From NCBI GenBank assembly GCA_030704615.1, contig CM060732.1, positions 55,490,001 through 55,554,000 of the forward strand: a stretch of DNA of 64,000 bases, written 5' to 3'. Position 1 is the first letter of the stretch. The number at the start of each line of letters is the position of its first letter. The notes under the pieces are model-generated. The model worked only from the letters and a program-made list of their open reading frames with translations. It ran no database searches and was not told the origin of the DNA. Position numbers and translations under genes: made by a program. This document shows, in pieces, positions 62,801 to 64,000 of the stretch. This DNA comes from Takakia lepidozioides. Lineage: Eukaryota > Plantae > Bryophyta.

Positions 62801-64000
62801 TATCCGTCTACGAGAAGCTCAATCTCATTTGGACCACGGATTATATAACCAAGTTCTGTACAGATCCATCTTGAGGATAGGGTTGTTGCTTCATTTGCTC
62901 AGGATTATAAGCGACGTACACTGATCTTTTGAGGACAAGTTTTAGAATCAATTCACGAAAATAATTTTAAGGCTTACAAGTATTTTTGTCAGGCTACATG
63001 TATATGCAGCAAATCCAAAATGGGACCGAAACCCCTCGTACTTTGTACACGAAGTTTGAAATTCAATGGCATGATCCGTTTGATTGATCATTCCTTTGTA
63101 TCGACAGGATCTCCGTACTGACTCTTATTGTTATTTTTTCAGTATTGGCTTGTCATAATTACTTCTTAGAGCTTGGAGGATTCTCCCCCTCTCTAATTCT
63201 TAATTTCCTCTCCGTATAATTTATCTTAAATCTTGGTTTCTTGAGTTGTTTACATGTTAATGCAGGGCAGGGGTTGCAACAAAGAGTTCATATCCTTGAG
63301 CCCACTAGAACAGCTAGGCTGGAGGGACTGCATGAATGATCACATATATCCTCTGCATAGCTCTGCGTATAACTTGAAGTCAGGTGCAAGATATTTCAAA
63401 GATATTTCCTCGACGTTCAGTCAACATGTAATGCAAGGTTATCAGCACAGTTTAATCTTCGAATTCTGGCCTGCTCTATGGAAAATTGTCTACATATGTG
63501 ATTGTCACAATAATCACCATATCAGCCTCATCGTCTAGAGGTCGTGGGTGCGCACACTGTTTGTGTCGCGGCTACAAGCTCCTATGCAATCTTTTGCAGA
63601 AGGTCTGTTAGTCTGTACATGATTTTACTACGACACTCTTATGAGGCAAACCCATGACAGACGATCTGGATCAACCACGTTCTATCAATCTCAGCCATTC
63701 GTTTTCTTGGCTGAATGTCTGCTTTTTTGCCATCTTTTTATGAGAAAGCTATTTAGTTCATAAATACTTTCCACAGTAAAGGAAAAGCAATAGAGTCAAC
63801 TCAAGATTAACATTCAAGGTCACCAACAAGCCGAATACCACTGCAATTGCTATCCATAATATCTTTGATGCTTCCATTTCGAGCTGATCTCTGAATTGTA
63901 GTGAATGCTGAAGATCCAAGGGATCGCTGCTGAACGAACTCAATCGATCCCACATGTCAGCCTAGGCAGAACTAGTTGAAGAAATGAAGCTAGAACTAAG

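Noticed and set aside
63758-63955. Small membrane protein ORF at the window end
   Set aside because: Short, no recognisable motif, context truncated.

Overview
Eukaryotic nuclear DNA, most consistent with a non-seed land plant (bryophyte-like), inferred from the GT-AG introns, plant-type COG6/ACBP proteins and the transposon set. A gene island at about 33.4-54.8 kb lies between TE-dense regions. The island holds: (i) a six-exon gene, invisible in the ORF track, whose spliced product resembles the N-terminal DLY-motif plus coiled coil of metazoan FLASH/CASP8AP2, the U7 snRNP histone-mRNA 3'-processing factor (top finding); (ii) an intronless COG6; (iii) a tail-to-tail inverted duplication of a 7-exon membrane-anchored acyl-CoA-binding/ankyrin gene, one copy carrying an intronic RTEX-like LINE and degenerating ankyrin repeats. 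The flanks contain Ty3/Gypsy remnants (one with a dUTPase-like domain and a tRNA-Ala primer site, one chromovirus with an internal inversion), a Copia fragment, CACTA, Harbinger/Tourist, hAT and piggyBac-like non-autonomous elements, a captured kinesin-13 fragment, and a Crinkler-type REase+kinase pseudogene bracketed by inverted repeats. All homology calls come from motif recognition by eye; no searches were run.
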